Source of the DNA: a virus
Direction: 5' to 3' (one strand)
IMG/VR virus record: IMGVR_UViG_3300025695_000007
Coordinates: 1 to 64,000 of that record
Length of the DNA stretch: 64,000 bases
Position numbers and translations under genes: made by a program. Within the stretch, counting starts at the first letter, position 1, and the number at the start of each line of letters is the position of its first letter. Below, piece by piece: positions 19,111-28,500 of this stretch. The notes under the pieces were generated by a model. The model was not told the origin of the DNA. It saw only the letters and a program-made list of their open reading frames with translations, and did no database searches.

Positions 19111-20885
19111 TGAATATTGATATAAACTATAGAAGAGATAACTATTTATCTGAATTCAGTATTAAAACACTAGAAGACAGGTACTTGATAGATGGGGAAA
19201 TCTCTCCACAGGATGCTTTTGCACGTGCAGCAAAAACATTTGCAGATGATGAAGCACACGCACAGAGGCTCTACGACTACGCTAGTAAGTTATGGTTTAT
19301 GTTCTCTACCCCTATACTTAGCAACGGAGGAACCAAACGTGGATTACCTATTAGCTGTTTTCTTAACTATGTGGACGATAGCCGAGCTGGTATTACCTCT
19401 CACTATACTGAGAATGCTTTTCTATCGTCAGTAGGTGGAGGCATTGGCGGAAGCTGGGACGGGGTCAGGAGCGTAGGCTCAAAAACGAGCAATGGCTCCG
19501 AAAGTACAGGAGTAATACCCTTTCTCAAAGTAGTAGACGCAGAAATGTTGGCATTCTCTCAAGGAGTAACTCGTCGAGGCAGCTATGCTGCTTATCTTGA
19601 CATGGGACACCCAGAGATTGAAGAGTTTCTAGACATTCGTAAGCCTACGGGTGGAGATATTAACCGTAAATCCATTAATCTACATCACGGCGTAGTAATT
19701 AGTGATAAATTTATGGAAATTATCGAAAATGCTACTCGAATTGAAGGATTTGATGACTCTTGGGATTTGATTGATCCACACAGTAAGCGAGTTACTAAAA
19801 CTGTATCGGCAAAGGCACTCTGGGTAAAGCTTATTCAAAATCGTGTTGAAACGGGCGAGCCTTACATCATGTTTGGGGATACTGTGCAAGCTGCGTTACC
19901 CTCGTTCCAAAAAGAACTTGGATTAGTAGCACGTCAATCAAACCTTTGCTCTGAAATTACACTTGCAACAGATAAAGATCGTACTGCGGTTTGTTGCTTA
20001 TCAAGTGTAAATCTAGAAGAATATGACGAGTGGAGAGACGACCCTAATTTCATTCCAGACTTAGTAAGAATGCTAGACAATGTATTAACACATTTTATTA
20101 CGAACGCTCCTAATGAGCTAGAGAAAGCAAAATATAGTGCATTTAGGGAAAGAAGTATTGGTCTTGGGGCCATGGGCTTTCATGCACATTTACAAAGGCA
20201 TAATATTGCTTTTGAAAGTGCAATGGCAAAAGGCAGGAATATGCAAATGTTTAAGCATATTAAATCGGAGGCAGAACGTGCTACTCGAATTCTTGCGGAA
20301 GAGCGTGGTGAGTGTCCGGACGGAGTTGGTCATGGTGTTCGCAATGCTCATTTATTGGCTATCGCTCCTAATGCTTCTAGTAGTATTATCTGTGGTAATA
20401 CTAGCCCAAGCATTGAACCCTACCGTGCTAATGCATATGTACAGAAAACTAAAACAGGCTCTTCGCTTATGAAGAATGAATACCTAGAGCATCACTTAGA
20501 TGAGATAGGGCATAACACTGAAGAAGTTTGGAAGAGTATTACAACGAATAATGGTTCAGTAGCACATTTAGACTTTTTAGATGATTGGACAAAAGATGTA
20601 TTTAAGACAGCAGTAGAGATAGATCAAAGATGGGTAGTTGATATGGCTGCCGATAGGCAGAAAGAAATTTGTCAGGCTCAATCTTTGAATCTGTTTTTTC
20701 CTGGAAATGTCTCAAAGCAGGAACTTCATGCAGTACATATGATGGCTTGGAAGCAAAAAGTAAAAACTCTTTATTATTTGCGAAGCGAAGCGTTAAAAAG
20801 GGCAGATAATGTGTCAGTAGAGGCACTAAGGCAGTATATTTTCGATACAATCGATGAGGGCGCTTGTTTAGCGTGTGAGGGGTAG
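19110..20885 (+). CDS. nrdA: Ribonucleotide reductase class Ia alpha subunit (no ATP cone)
   Basis: STPILSN, ISCFL, SNLCSEI, IAPNASSS, KTLYY, C-terminal CLACEG. Confidence 0.95.
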   Translation: MNIDINYRRDNYLSEFSIKTLEDRYLIDGEISPQDAFARAAKTFADDEAHAQRLYDYASKLWFMFSTPILSNGGTKRGLPISCFLNYVDDSRAGITSHYTENAFLSSVGGGIGGSWDGVRSVGSKTSNGSESTGVIPFLKVVDAEMLAFSQGVTRRGSYAAYLDMGHPEIEEFLDIRKPTGGDINRKSINLHHGVVISDKFMEIIENATRIEGFDDSWDLIDPHSKRVTKTVSAKALWVKLIQNRVETGEPYIMFGDTVQAALPSFQKELGLVARQSNLCSEITLATDKDRTAVCCLSSVNLEEYDEWRDDPNFIPDLVRMLDNVLTHFITNAPNELEKAKYSAFRERSIGLGAMGFHAHLQRHNIAFESAMAKGRNMQMFKHIKSEAERATRILAEERGECPDGVGHGVRNAHLLAIAPNASSSIICGNTSPSIEPYRANAYVQKTKTGSSLMKNEYLEHHLDEIGHNTEEVWKSITTNNGSVAHLDFLDDWTKDVFKTAVEIDQRWVVDMAADRQKEICQAQSLNLFFPGNVSKQELHAVHMMAWKQKVKTLYYLRSEALKRADNVSVEALRQYIFDTIDEGACLACEG

Positions 20886-20886
20886 A

Positions 20887-21849
20887 ATGAGCAATTTATT
20901 AGAAGAAAGAGAGTATTACAAACCATTTAATTATCCGTGGGCTTTTGAACATTATAAAGCTCAACAGCAAATGCATTGGCTGCCAGATGAAGTAAATCTG
21001 GCAGACGATCTAAAAGACTATAGAGAAAAGTTGTCTCCTGGCAATCGACGCTTAGTCAATCAGATATTTCGTTTCTTTACACAGGCAGATGTAGATGTGT
21101 GCTGTGGGTATGCAAAGCATTACCTGCCCACATTTAAGCAACCTGAAGTACGAATGATGCTATCTGCATTTGCAGCAATGGAAGCAGTACACCAAGAAGC
21201 GTACTCTTTATTACTCGAGACTCTTGGCTTTGACGATTCTGAGTACCAAAAGTTTTATGAGCACAAAGAGATGCTAGATAAGCATGAGCATCTTTCAAAC
21301 TTTGGTATGAGTACAAAAATGGACATAGCAAAGACTATGGCTATCTACTCAGGTTTTACAGAAGGAGTACAGCTCTTTAGTAGTTTTGCGATTCTTCTTA
21401 ACTTTCCTCGTCACAACCTTATGAAAGGTATGGGGCAGATTGTTACTTGGTCGATTCGAGATGAGAGCCTTCACGTAGAAGGCATGAGCCAGCTTTTCCG
21501 TACTTTTATTCAAGAGAACCCAGAGTTGTGGAATGATGAGCTGAAGTATGAAATATATTGTGCCGCAGAGCGTACTGTAGAATTGGAAGATGCGTTTATT
21601 GATCTTTGCTTTGAAGGTGCAGATGTGCCAGACTTAACTCCAGAAGAAGTCAAGTCATATATTCGTTATATTGCAGATCGAAGATTACTAGGTCTAGGCA
21701 TGAAGAAAATATTTCATAGCGAGAAGAATCCTCTTGGATGGTTAGATTATATGCTCAACGGGGTTGAACATACTAACTTCTTTGAGAATCGCGCCACTGA
21801 GTACTCAAAAGCGAGTACTACTGGTAACTGGCAAGATATATTTAAATAG
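20887..21849 (+). CDS. nrdB: Ribonucleotide reductase class Ia beta subunit
   Basis: HWLPDEV, FFTQAD, EAVHQEAY, EGVQLFSSF, RDESLH, NFFE; start moved to ATG 20887. Confidence 0.95.
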   Translation: MSNLLEEREYYKPFNYPWAFEHYKAQQQMHWLPDEVNLADDLKDYREKLSPGNRRLVNQIFRFFTQADVDVCCGYAKHYLPTFKQPEVRMMLSAFAAMEAVHQEAYSLLLETLGFDDSEYQKFYEHKEMLDKHEHLSNFGMSTKMDIAKTMAIYSGFTEGVQLFSSFAILLNFPRHNLMKGMGQIVTWSIRDESLHVEGMSQLFRTFIQENPELWNDELKYEIYCAAERTVELEDAFIDLCFEGADVPDLTPEEVKSYIRYIADRRLLGLGMKKIFHSEKNPLGWLDYMLNGVEHTNFFENRATEYSKASTTGNWQDIFK

Positions 21850-21858
21850 GAGTCTATT

Positions 21859-22038
21859 ATGGCAAACGAAAGTATTAAACTTGACCTCTCATTACAAGAG
21901 ATCAATGTTATTCTAGCAGGATTGGGCGAAATGCCTGCAAAAACATCTGTTGGAGTAATTAATAAACTTCAAATGCAGGCAGGTCCGCAAGTGGTTCCTG
22001 AACCTGTTGAAGCAGAAAAGGAAGAAGGGGCTGAATAG
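21859..22038 (+). CDS. 59-aa hypothetical protein (not in ORF track)
   Basis: AGGAG SD; MANESIKLDLSLQEINVILAGLGEMPAKTSVGVINKLQMQAGPQ...EGAE*. Confidence 0.75.
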   Translation: MANESIKLDLSLQEINVILAGLGEMPAKTSVGVINKLQMQAGPQVVPEPVEAEKEEGAE

Positions 22039-22048
22039 CCCCTTTTTT
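22022..22048. terminator. Bidirectional terminator at the convergence of replication and late blocks
   Basis: AAGAAGGGGCT-GAAT-AGCCCCTTTTTT; T-rich tract available on both strands. Confidence 0.8.
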
Positions 22049-22192
22049 AGTATATCTGCATTAAAGAAGTTATCAACTACATAGTAGTCCATTAAACTAC
22101 ACCGTATCTTATTTCCCAAGCCGCTATTGCTTCACGCTGCCTTGCTGTACTCTATTAAACTCAAGATACCACCCTTACTATTGCCATAATAA

Positions 22193-22936
22193 TCAGAATC
22201 CAAATGAAGCGACTTGTATAGCATAGAAATCATTTGCATCTAAACCTGAGACAGTTGCTGTAAAAGTCAAAGAAGTATTGCTTGGAGAAGAGCCGGAGTA
22301 AACGGAATAGTATTCGGTAGTTCCTCCATCTTTAGACACATCGCTTGTATAAGTTCCCCCTCCACTAACAGAAATTACTGGGGCGTTAGTTGAGTTACTA
22401 ACATTAGCTGTAGCAAAAGAGAATACAGTACCTGAAGGAGTTGTTAAGCCTGTACTATAAGATGGTACTGACCCAGTTCCTATAGTGTCATTACTTTGAA
22501 CATTTACTGAACTTACGTCATGAGAGATCTCATAAACAGCTATGTTTGCCTGACCCTCATGTGCGGTACTTAATGATACCGATATTGATTGATTTCCTGA
22601 CAAAGTACTATTTGACAGATAAGCAATGCAAGAGGAGTTATAGTCACCAGAAGAATATGCTCTAGAAATTATTGTACAAACAACTCCTCCTACTGTGACA
22701 CTCGTATAAGGATCACTTGTGGATCCATTTGAGTCTCTTGATTGAATAACTAAAACTATAGTTTTGTTGCCAGTTGATAATGTTGTATTACCTGTAAATG
22801 ACGTATATGCGCTACCAGTACCTGATTGGGATACAATATTACCTACAAAAAATAAACTAGGCACTAAACTAGGCACGGAAGACGCTACAGAGGCAGCGCC
22901 CCATTTCCCTGCGGCGAACGTAGCAAGTAATGGCAT
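22193..22936 (-). CDS. Putative fibre-tip adhesin (start moved to MPLLATF)
   Basis: GGAG SD; S/T/G-rich beta-strand protein directly after a fibre gene. Confidence 0.55.
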   Translation of the reverse strand: MPLLATFAAGKWGAASVASSVPSLVPSLFFVGNIVSQSGTGSAYTSFTGNTTLSTGNKTIVLVIQSRDSNGSTSDPYTSVTVGGVVCTIISRAYSSGDYNSSCIAYLSNSTLSGNQSISVSLSTAHEGQANIAVYEISHDVSSVNVQSNDTIGTGSVPSYSTGLTTPSGTVFSFATANVSNSTNAPVISVSGGGTYTSDVSKDGGTTEYYSVYSGSSPSNTSLTFTATVSGLDANDFYAIQVASFGF

Positions 22937-22949
22937 AGTTATCTCCCTT

Positions 22950-25499
22950 TTATTCGTAAGTTGCGACTTGAGCAAGAACGTCAAACGAATTATTTGATAC
23001 TTTTATAACAGTAAAAGTATAAACTTCAGTACTATTGGGAGTTGCGCTAGTTGGCGCACCGCCTAACCACTTGATTGAAGCAGGAGCAGAGCCATCTATT
23101 GTTACATCAGTAACATAATATGCATTAGGGCCGTGGACTAAAGCAACAGCAAATGTCCTCACCCCTCCATTTTCCATTACAGAATTTAATGTAGCTGAAG
23201 TGGTCGCTGCAATATTAACCGTCCTATTCGCCTGCTGCCAATAAGGAGCGTAATAAACAGAATGCTTCTCAGCATATACATTGAATATGCCAGCTGAGGT
23301 AAAGTCTGTAAAAAATGCCTCTTCAATTCCAGTAGTTTTTATAGTGCCACTAGAAAATCCTGCGGTTTCTGCTGCATCTAATACATAAGGTTGAGCGTTT
23401 GGTAACTGATAGATGTATGCTTTACCAGAACTATTACCACCAGCATCATCTTCTAATTGAGCGCCAACAATTGCATAGTTACCGCTTATTGCTACTGGAA
23501 GACCAAAATAATCACTAGCACTTGTTGAATAAGCGTTGGGATTGTCGAGTGTATGAACCAGTGATCCAGTTGTTACATCGAAGATATATGCTTTACCTGA
23601 TTGAGTACCACCAGCATCATCTTCAAACCAAGCGCCAACAATCGCATAGTTACCTGATATAGCTACCGACTCACCAAATCTATCATTAGCACTTGTTGAA
23701 TAAGCATTGGGATTGTCGAGTGTATGAAGTAAAGCACCTGTTGATACATTGAAAATATAGGCTTTACCGGAACTAGCACCACCAGCATCATCTTCTAAAT
23801 AAGCGCCAACAATCGCATAGTTACCTGATATAGCTACTGAAAGCCCAAAATTATCACCACCACTTGTTGAATAAGCATTTGGATTATCTAGCGTATGAAG
23901 TAATGCGCCAGTTGTGACGTTAAAAATATATGCTTTACCAGAACTATTACCCCCGGCATCATCTTCGTTTTTAGCACCAACAATCGCATAGTTACCTGAT
24001 ATTGCTACTGACCAACTAAAATAATCAGAGCTACTCGTTGAATAAGCGTTAGGATTGTCGAGTGTATGAACCAGTGATCCAGTTGTTACATCGAAGATAT
24101 ATGCTTTACCTGATTGAGTACCACCAGCATCATCTTCATAAGAAGCGCCAACAATAGCATAATTACCAGATATGGCTACTGAGATACCAAAATAATCACT
24201 AACACTAGTACCATAAGCGGTAGGATTGTCGAGTGTGTGAAGTAAAGCACCTGTTGTTACATCAAAGATATATGCTTTACCTGAACTAAGATTACCAGCA
24301 TCATCTTCGTTTTTAGCACCAACAATCGCATAGTTACCTGATATAGCTACTGAAAGCCCAAAATTATCACCACTACTATTACCATAAGCATTTGGATTAT
24401 CGAGTGTATGGACCAGTGATCCAGTAGTGACGTTAAAAATATATGCTTTACCAGAACTATTACCCCCGGCATCATCTTCTAAATAAGCGCCAACAATTGC
24501 ATAGTTACCGCTTATTGCTACTGGAAGACCAAAATAATCACTAGCACTTGTTGAATAAGCGTTGGGGTTATCTAGCGTATGGAACAGCGATGCTGTAAAT
24601 GAAGACCCGCCTGAAGCATCAGCAAACGATAGAGTACCGGAACCATCAGTTGTTAAAACTTGACCTGCGTTCCCATTAGATACCGGCAAAGTCAAAGTGT
24701 ATCCAGAATTATTTGTCATATCAGGAATTTTAATGACGACATTATTACCTGAAAAATGCCTTAGCTCAATTCCTGATTGTTGGTCCCCCCAATCTTTTCG
24801 GATAGGGAGATAGTTTAATGGAGAGGTATATTGAAGAAGGCTAACCTCTGTAAGTTGACCTACCGCATATATCCCGTGATTATTACCATTTAAGATATTA
24901 CCTAACGCAGGGGAAGAGTCTTCAAAAACACTGGAGATTCCGCCAGAAGCTGGTGTAGACCAAGACAGAGCACCGGAACCATTGGTAGTTAAAACTGTAC
25001 CTTCAGTTCCGTCAGACGTTGGGAATGTGTACGAATTATTGAAGGTGATTGGACCAGTACTAGCAATCCCAATTCGAGTCTGGTTTTCGGTGAGTAAACT
25101 TATGGTCCCGCCGCCGGATTCACTAGTGCCTGCAATTAAAGACATGCTACTATTAGCGGTACTAATCGACAGCGGATTAACGTTTGATTGAACCCCTGTA
25201 AGAGCAGCAGCATCCATAATCTTGAGCATTTCAGTTGATCCGCTCTTAAATAAAGCTGTTCCTGAAAATGCCTTCGAGTTTAAGTCAAGATCACCACCCA
25301 ACTGCGGAGTGGTATCTTCTACAACATTAGAGATGCCGCCAGAAGCATCAGTAAATGATAGCGTACCGGAACCATCAGTAGCTAGTACTTGACCAGCAGT
25401 ACCGTCAGTTGCGGGATAATTTAGCCCGCCCACTGAAGCTAAATCACCGTTTGCGTCTAAATTTCTTGTAAAATTTGATAATTTAAGGCTTGTTGACAT
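22950..25499 (-). CDS. Virion fibre protein with a 7-repeat FG-GAP-like beta-propeller
   Basis: Seven 57-aa repeats (HTLDNPNAY...FGxSVAISGNYAIVGA...GKAYIF); N-terminal GQVLxTDGSG and EDTTPQLGGDLD fibre modules. Confidence 0.75.
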   Translation of the reverse strand: MSTSLKLSNFTRNLDANGDLASVGGLNYPATDGTAGQVLATDGSGTLSFTDASGGISNVVEDTTPQLGGDLDLNSKAFSGTALFKSGSTEMLKIMDAAALTGVQSNVNPLSISTANSSMSLIAGTSESGGGTISLLTENQTRIGIASTGPITFNNSYTFPTSDGTEGTVLTTNGSGALSWSTPASGGISSVFEDSSPALGNILNGNNHGIYAVGQLTEVSLLQYTSPLNYLPIRKDWGDQQSGIELRHFSGNNVVIKIPDMTNNSGYTLTLPVSNGNAGQVLTTDGSGTLSFADASGGSSFTASLFHTLDNPNAYSTSASDYFGLPVAISGNYAIVGAYLEDDAGGNSSGKAYIFNVTTGSLVHTLDNPNAYGNSSGDNFGLSVAISGNYAIVGAKNEDDAGNLSSGKAYIFDVTTGALLHTLDNPTAYGTSVSDYFGISVAISGNYAIVGASYEDDAGGTQSGKAYIFDVTTGSLVHTLDNPNAYSTSSSDYFSWSVAISGNYAIVGAKNEDDAGGNSSGKAYIFNVTTGALLHTLDNPNAYSTSGGDNFGLSVAISGNYAIVGAYLEDDAGGASSGKAYIFNVSTGALLHTLDNPNAYSTSANDRFGESVAISGNYAIVGAWFEDDAGGTQSGKAYIFDVTTGSLVHTLDNPNAYSTSASDYFGLPVAISGNYAIVGAQLEDDAGGNSSGKAYIYQLPNAQPYVLDAAETAGFSSGTIKTTGIEEAFFTDFTSAGIFNVYAEKHSVYYAPYWQQANRTVNIAATTSATLNSVMENGGVRTFAVALVHGPNAYYVTDVTIDGSAPASIKWLGGAPTSATPNSTEVYTFTVIKVSNNSFDVLAQVATYE
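23407..24590 (-). repeat. Seven tandem 171-bp coding repeats
   Basis: Identical blocks at multiples of 171 bp, e.g. 23460-23540 = 24486-24566 and 23539-23625 = 24052-24138. Confidence 0.95.
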
Positions 25500-25509
25500 T
25501 TAATGCTCC

Positions 25510-28500
25510 TTATGCCTGAGATTCTGACCAAGTGATGCGTGCAGAAGCTTGTAATGGACTTGATGCCGTAATACCTGATGTATCAGCAACTTGAATTGCA
25601 ACAGTCAAGATATCTGGACCGTTGGGGAATGTTCCGTCACCGCCAAGAATCGAGTTACCCATGTCGATAACAGATGCAAGTGAGAAGTTAGTTGATGCAC
25701 CCAAACGTTTACCGGCTGAGTCTGTTGTACCACCTGATGCACGGAACGAGAAGATTTCTGAACCGCCAGTTACTTCATCACCTGTATTGTGTTTCAATAG
25801 CTGTGATAGAGATGGTTGTTTAACACTTTCCCAAGCAACACGACTCAAGTCAGCGTTAAGAATCAACTTAACCTCACAGTCATGCGTTAGAATCAAACCA
25901 ACTTCTTGCAATTTCAATTGCATTCTGTTAATAATATCACGCTCACCAAGTTGTCCAGATACACCACCGTCAACAGAAGGTGCAAGACGCAACGTAACAA
26001 GTGGAATAGTTGCTGTACCAAGGTTCAACCCATCACCACCGGTTGCGGGTTCACCAATATTAACAGTAGTGCCACCGCTTACGCTCGGATATACAGCAGG
26101 ATAGCTTCTTCCGCTTGATACGTAGATAGCCGCATATACTGTACTACCGCTGTATCGTGTGTAAGAAATTTCTTCCCCGTTCAACTCTCCACCAGATGTG
26201 TAGAGTTTTGTGCCATTAGACAACTTAGCGCCATCTGTATCAGCAAACGGAATTTCAACATAGAAGTCAAATGTACGTTGCTGCTTGTTAGATTCGAATA
26301 TTAGCTGACTATTAGCGGTTGTTGTTGCAGTCAATGCTTGACCGTTTGTAAACGATAGCGAGTTCGATTGTGCTGTGAACAAGTACGCTTCATCTTCGTC
26401 AAATCGACCATCCATAATTACCGATGTACCCCAGTGGAATAGTGTCGGTGCATATGTTGGGTTAGGACCGTTGACAACTTCATACTTAGCTGGAATGTTA
26501 CCAGAACGCATATATGCTTCATCTAGCCTGTTGTTGTGAACGAATTCATGTACGTATCTTACATGACCTTCACGGTCTTTGAAGCCGAAACGAATCTTAC
26601 CAGCACCATACCATGAGTAATCCATGTAAGCCATCTGAATCTTGTGAATATCAAGATTGAAGCCTTCTGGTCCTGTACCGTCAGCACGGTCCAAATTCCA
26701 CTCTGACTGAGGAACTTTAACATCAATAGTTTTTGTTAGAATGATGCTTGACTCCGATGTTCCACGATATTCTGGCTGTACGAACATTTCTGATCTAGAG
26801 TTAATCTTCGTGATCTTATATGACATACCACGAATAACTACATAGTCACCAACTGTAAGTTGAGTCGAGAAGTTTGTGTTTGTACCCAAAATTGTGTTAC
26901 TATTCTTGGTACAAGTAACAGTACCACTCAACTGCGTTGTTGATGATCTGCGACAGGCTTTAAGTTGTTGACCATCATATTCAAAGAAGAATCCGTTCTG
27001 ATAGTCAAACATACCAGCACGTGTGGCCGCATCAGAATATGAATCTACAACGTATTGAATGATGCCGCCAGGCAATGAAGTACCAGGCAATCTAGGCAAT
27101 GTAAACGTAAACGTTGACGGCGAAGTAGTTGTTACTTCATACGAGTCATTGTAAATAGAATCGTTTGCACCAGAGAACGTGACAAACAAGCCGTCAGATA
27201 GTCTGTGCGGATACTTAGTTGTTACTGTAACTGTTGTGCCTGAAGCCGTAATAGTATCAACGATTACGGGAGGGCTAAAGTTAATAGCAAGTGACGTTTG
27301 AATCCCCTTACCAGATTGGTAACGGAAGTATTTACGTGTCTGTCTGGTAATCTGTGAATATGGAGCAGTACCAGCTGCAATTTCAACGCCACCATCAAAC
27401 GGTCTGTGGACAGCATATCCGTCAGGTCTTGCATAGATTGCAGATTCAACAAAGTATTTTGTTGATGCTGATGTAAATCCTACGGGTCTATCGAGCTGCA
27501 TAATTTCATCATCTGCAATTGCAACAACCGTGAACGAGTTAAGCGAACCAGGTGTAGCAGTATTATCTTTAATAAAGATAGTGTCGCCCGGTTTAAAGTA
27601 ACGCTTAAACAGAGTTTCGGTACCAGATAGAGTATCACTTGTTGATGTTGTCGCAACAGTACCTGCCGCTTCTGATACACCACTAATTGTTGATGATTCA
27701 ATTCTATGTGTGCCTGTTCCAGCAGTCAAAGCAATAGCTGCTCCAGAAGCCCAATCATCGCTCGAGGCTGCAAGTTGGATATATTCATCATCAACAACAA
27801 TAACGTAATAATCATTATTATGGGTCAACCCACCAATACTTGCATTACCATTATTATTGTATGTTATAATTGTGCCATTTTGTAGTTTATGGCCTGATGA
27901 TATATGAATATTATCATTTGCAATTGTGCTAGCATCTGTATCATAATCAATAGGATTAATCTGGAAGTTCGTTTGAATGCTTATGTCTGTATCTGTAGTG
28001 CTTGTAGCCGTGTATGCGCCATCAACAGCACCGATCTCAGCCGATGTTGTTTCAAACGACAATGTAGCCGCCCCTGAATTTGTTAAGTTGATTGTGAAAT
28101 CGTTATTATTTTTCAATGCAATTCTGTCAGAGCTAACAACACTAGTCAAGTAATTTTGTTGATTAGTTAGAGTTGGATAAATGAAATCTGTTGCAATATC
28201 ATCAATAATAGCTTGAGACAACTGCTGAGCTTGTGTCGTACCCCATGTTATTGCATCATCTACCGAAAACTGCACAAAAATTAACTTATCACCTTCGACA
28301 GTGTAATTGTTTGGATACACATATCCGTTGACGCTACTACGAGTGTAGGAATAAGCATTCACTCCAGTTGTGCTATTAAACACTGATCTATCACGTATTT
28401 TAATACACGCAACTATCATATCATTAGCAGAGCTTCCTCCGGCTCTAAGCCAAGAGCATGAGTAGTAATAGTTCTTACCATTTGAAGAATATGAAATTGC

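Noticed and set aside
9315-21849. Inteins, introns or homing endonucleases in pol, helicases or RNR
   Set aside because: ORFs are continuous and of ordinary length, with no splice or LAGLIDADG motifs.
22046-22190. Stop-codon reassignment
   Set aside because: All three stop types interrupt this stretch, and every core gene is intact under the standard code.
23407-24590. Diversity-generating retroelement or CRISPR array
   Set aside because: Repeats are in-frame protein blades; there is no reverse transcriptase in the window, no evident adenine-specific TR/VR pattern and no unique spacers.
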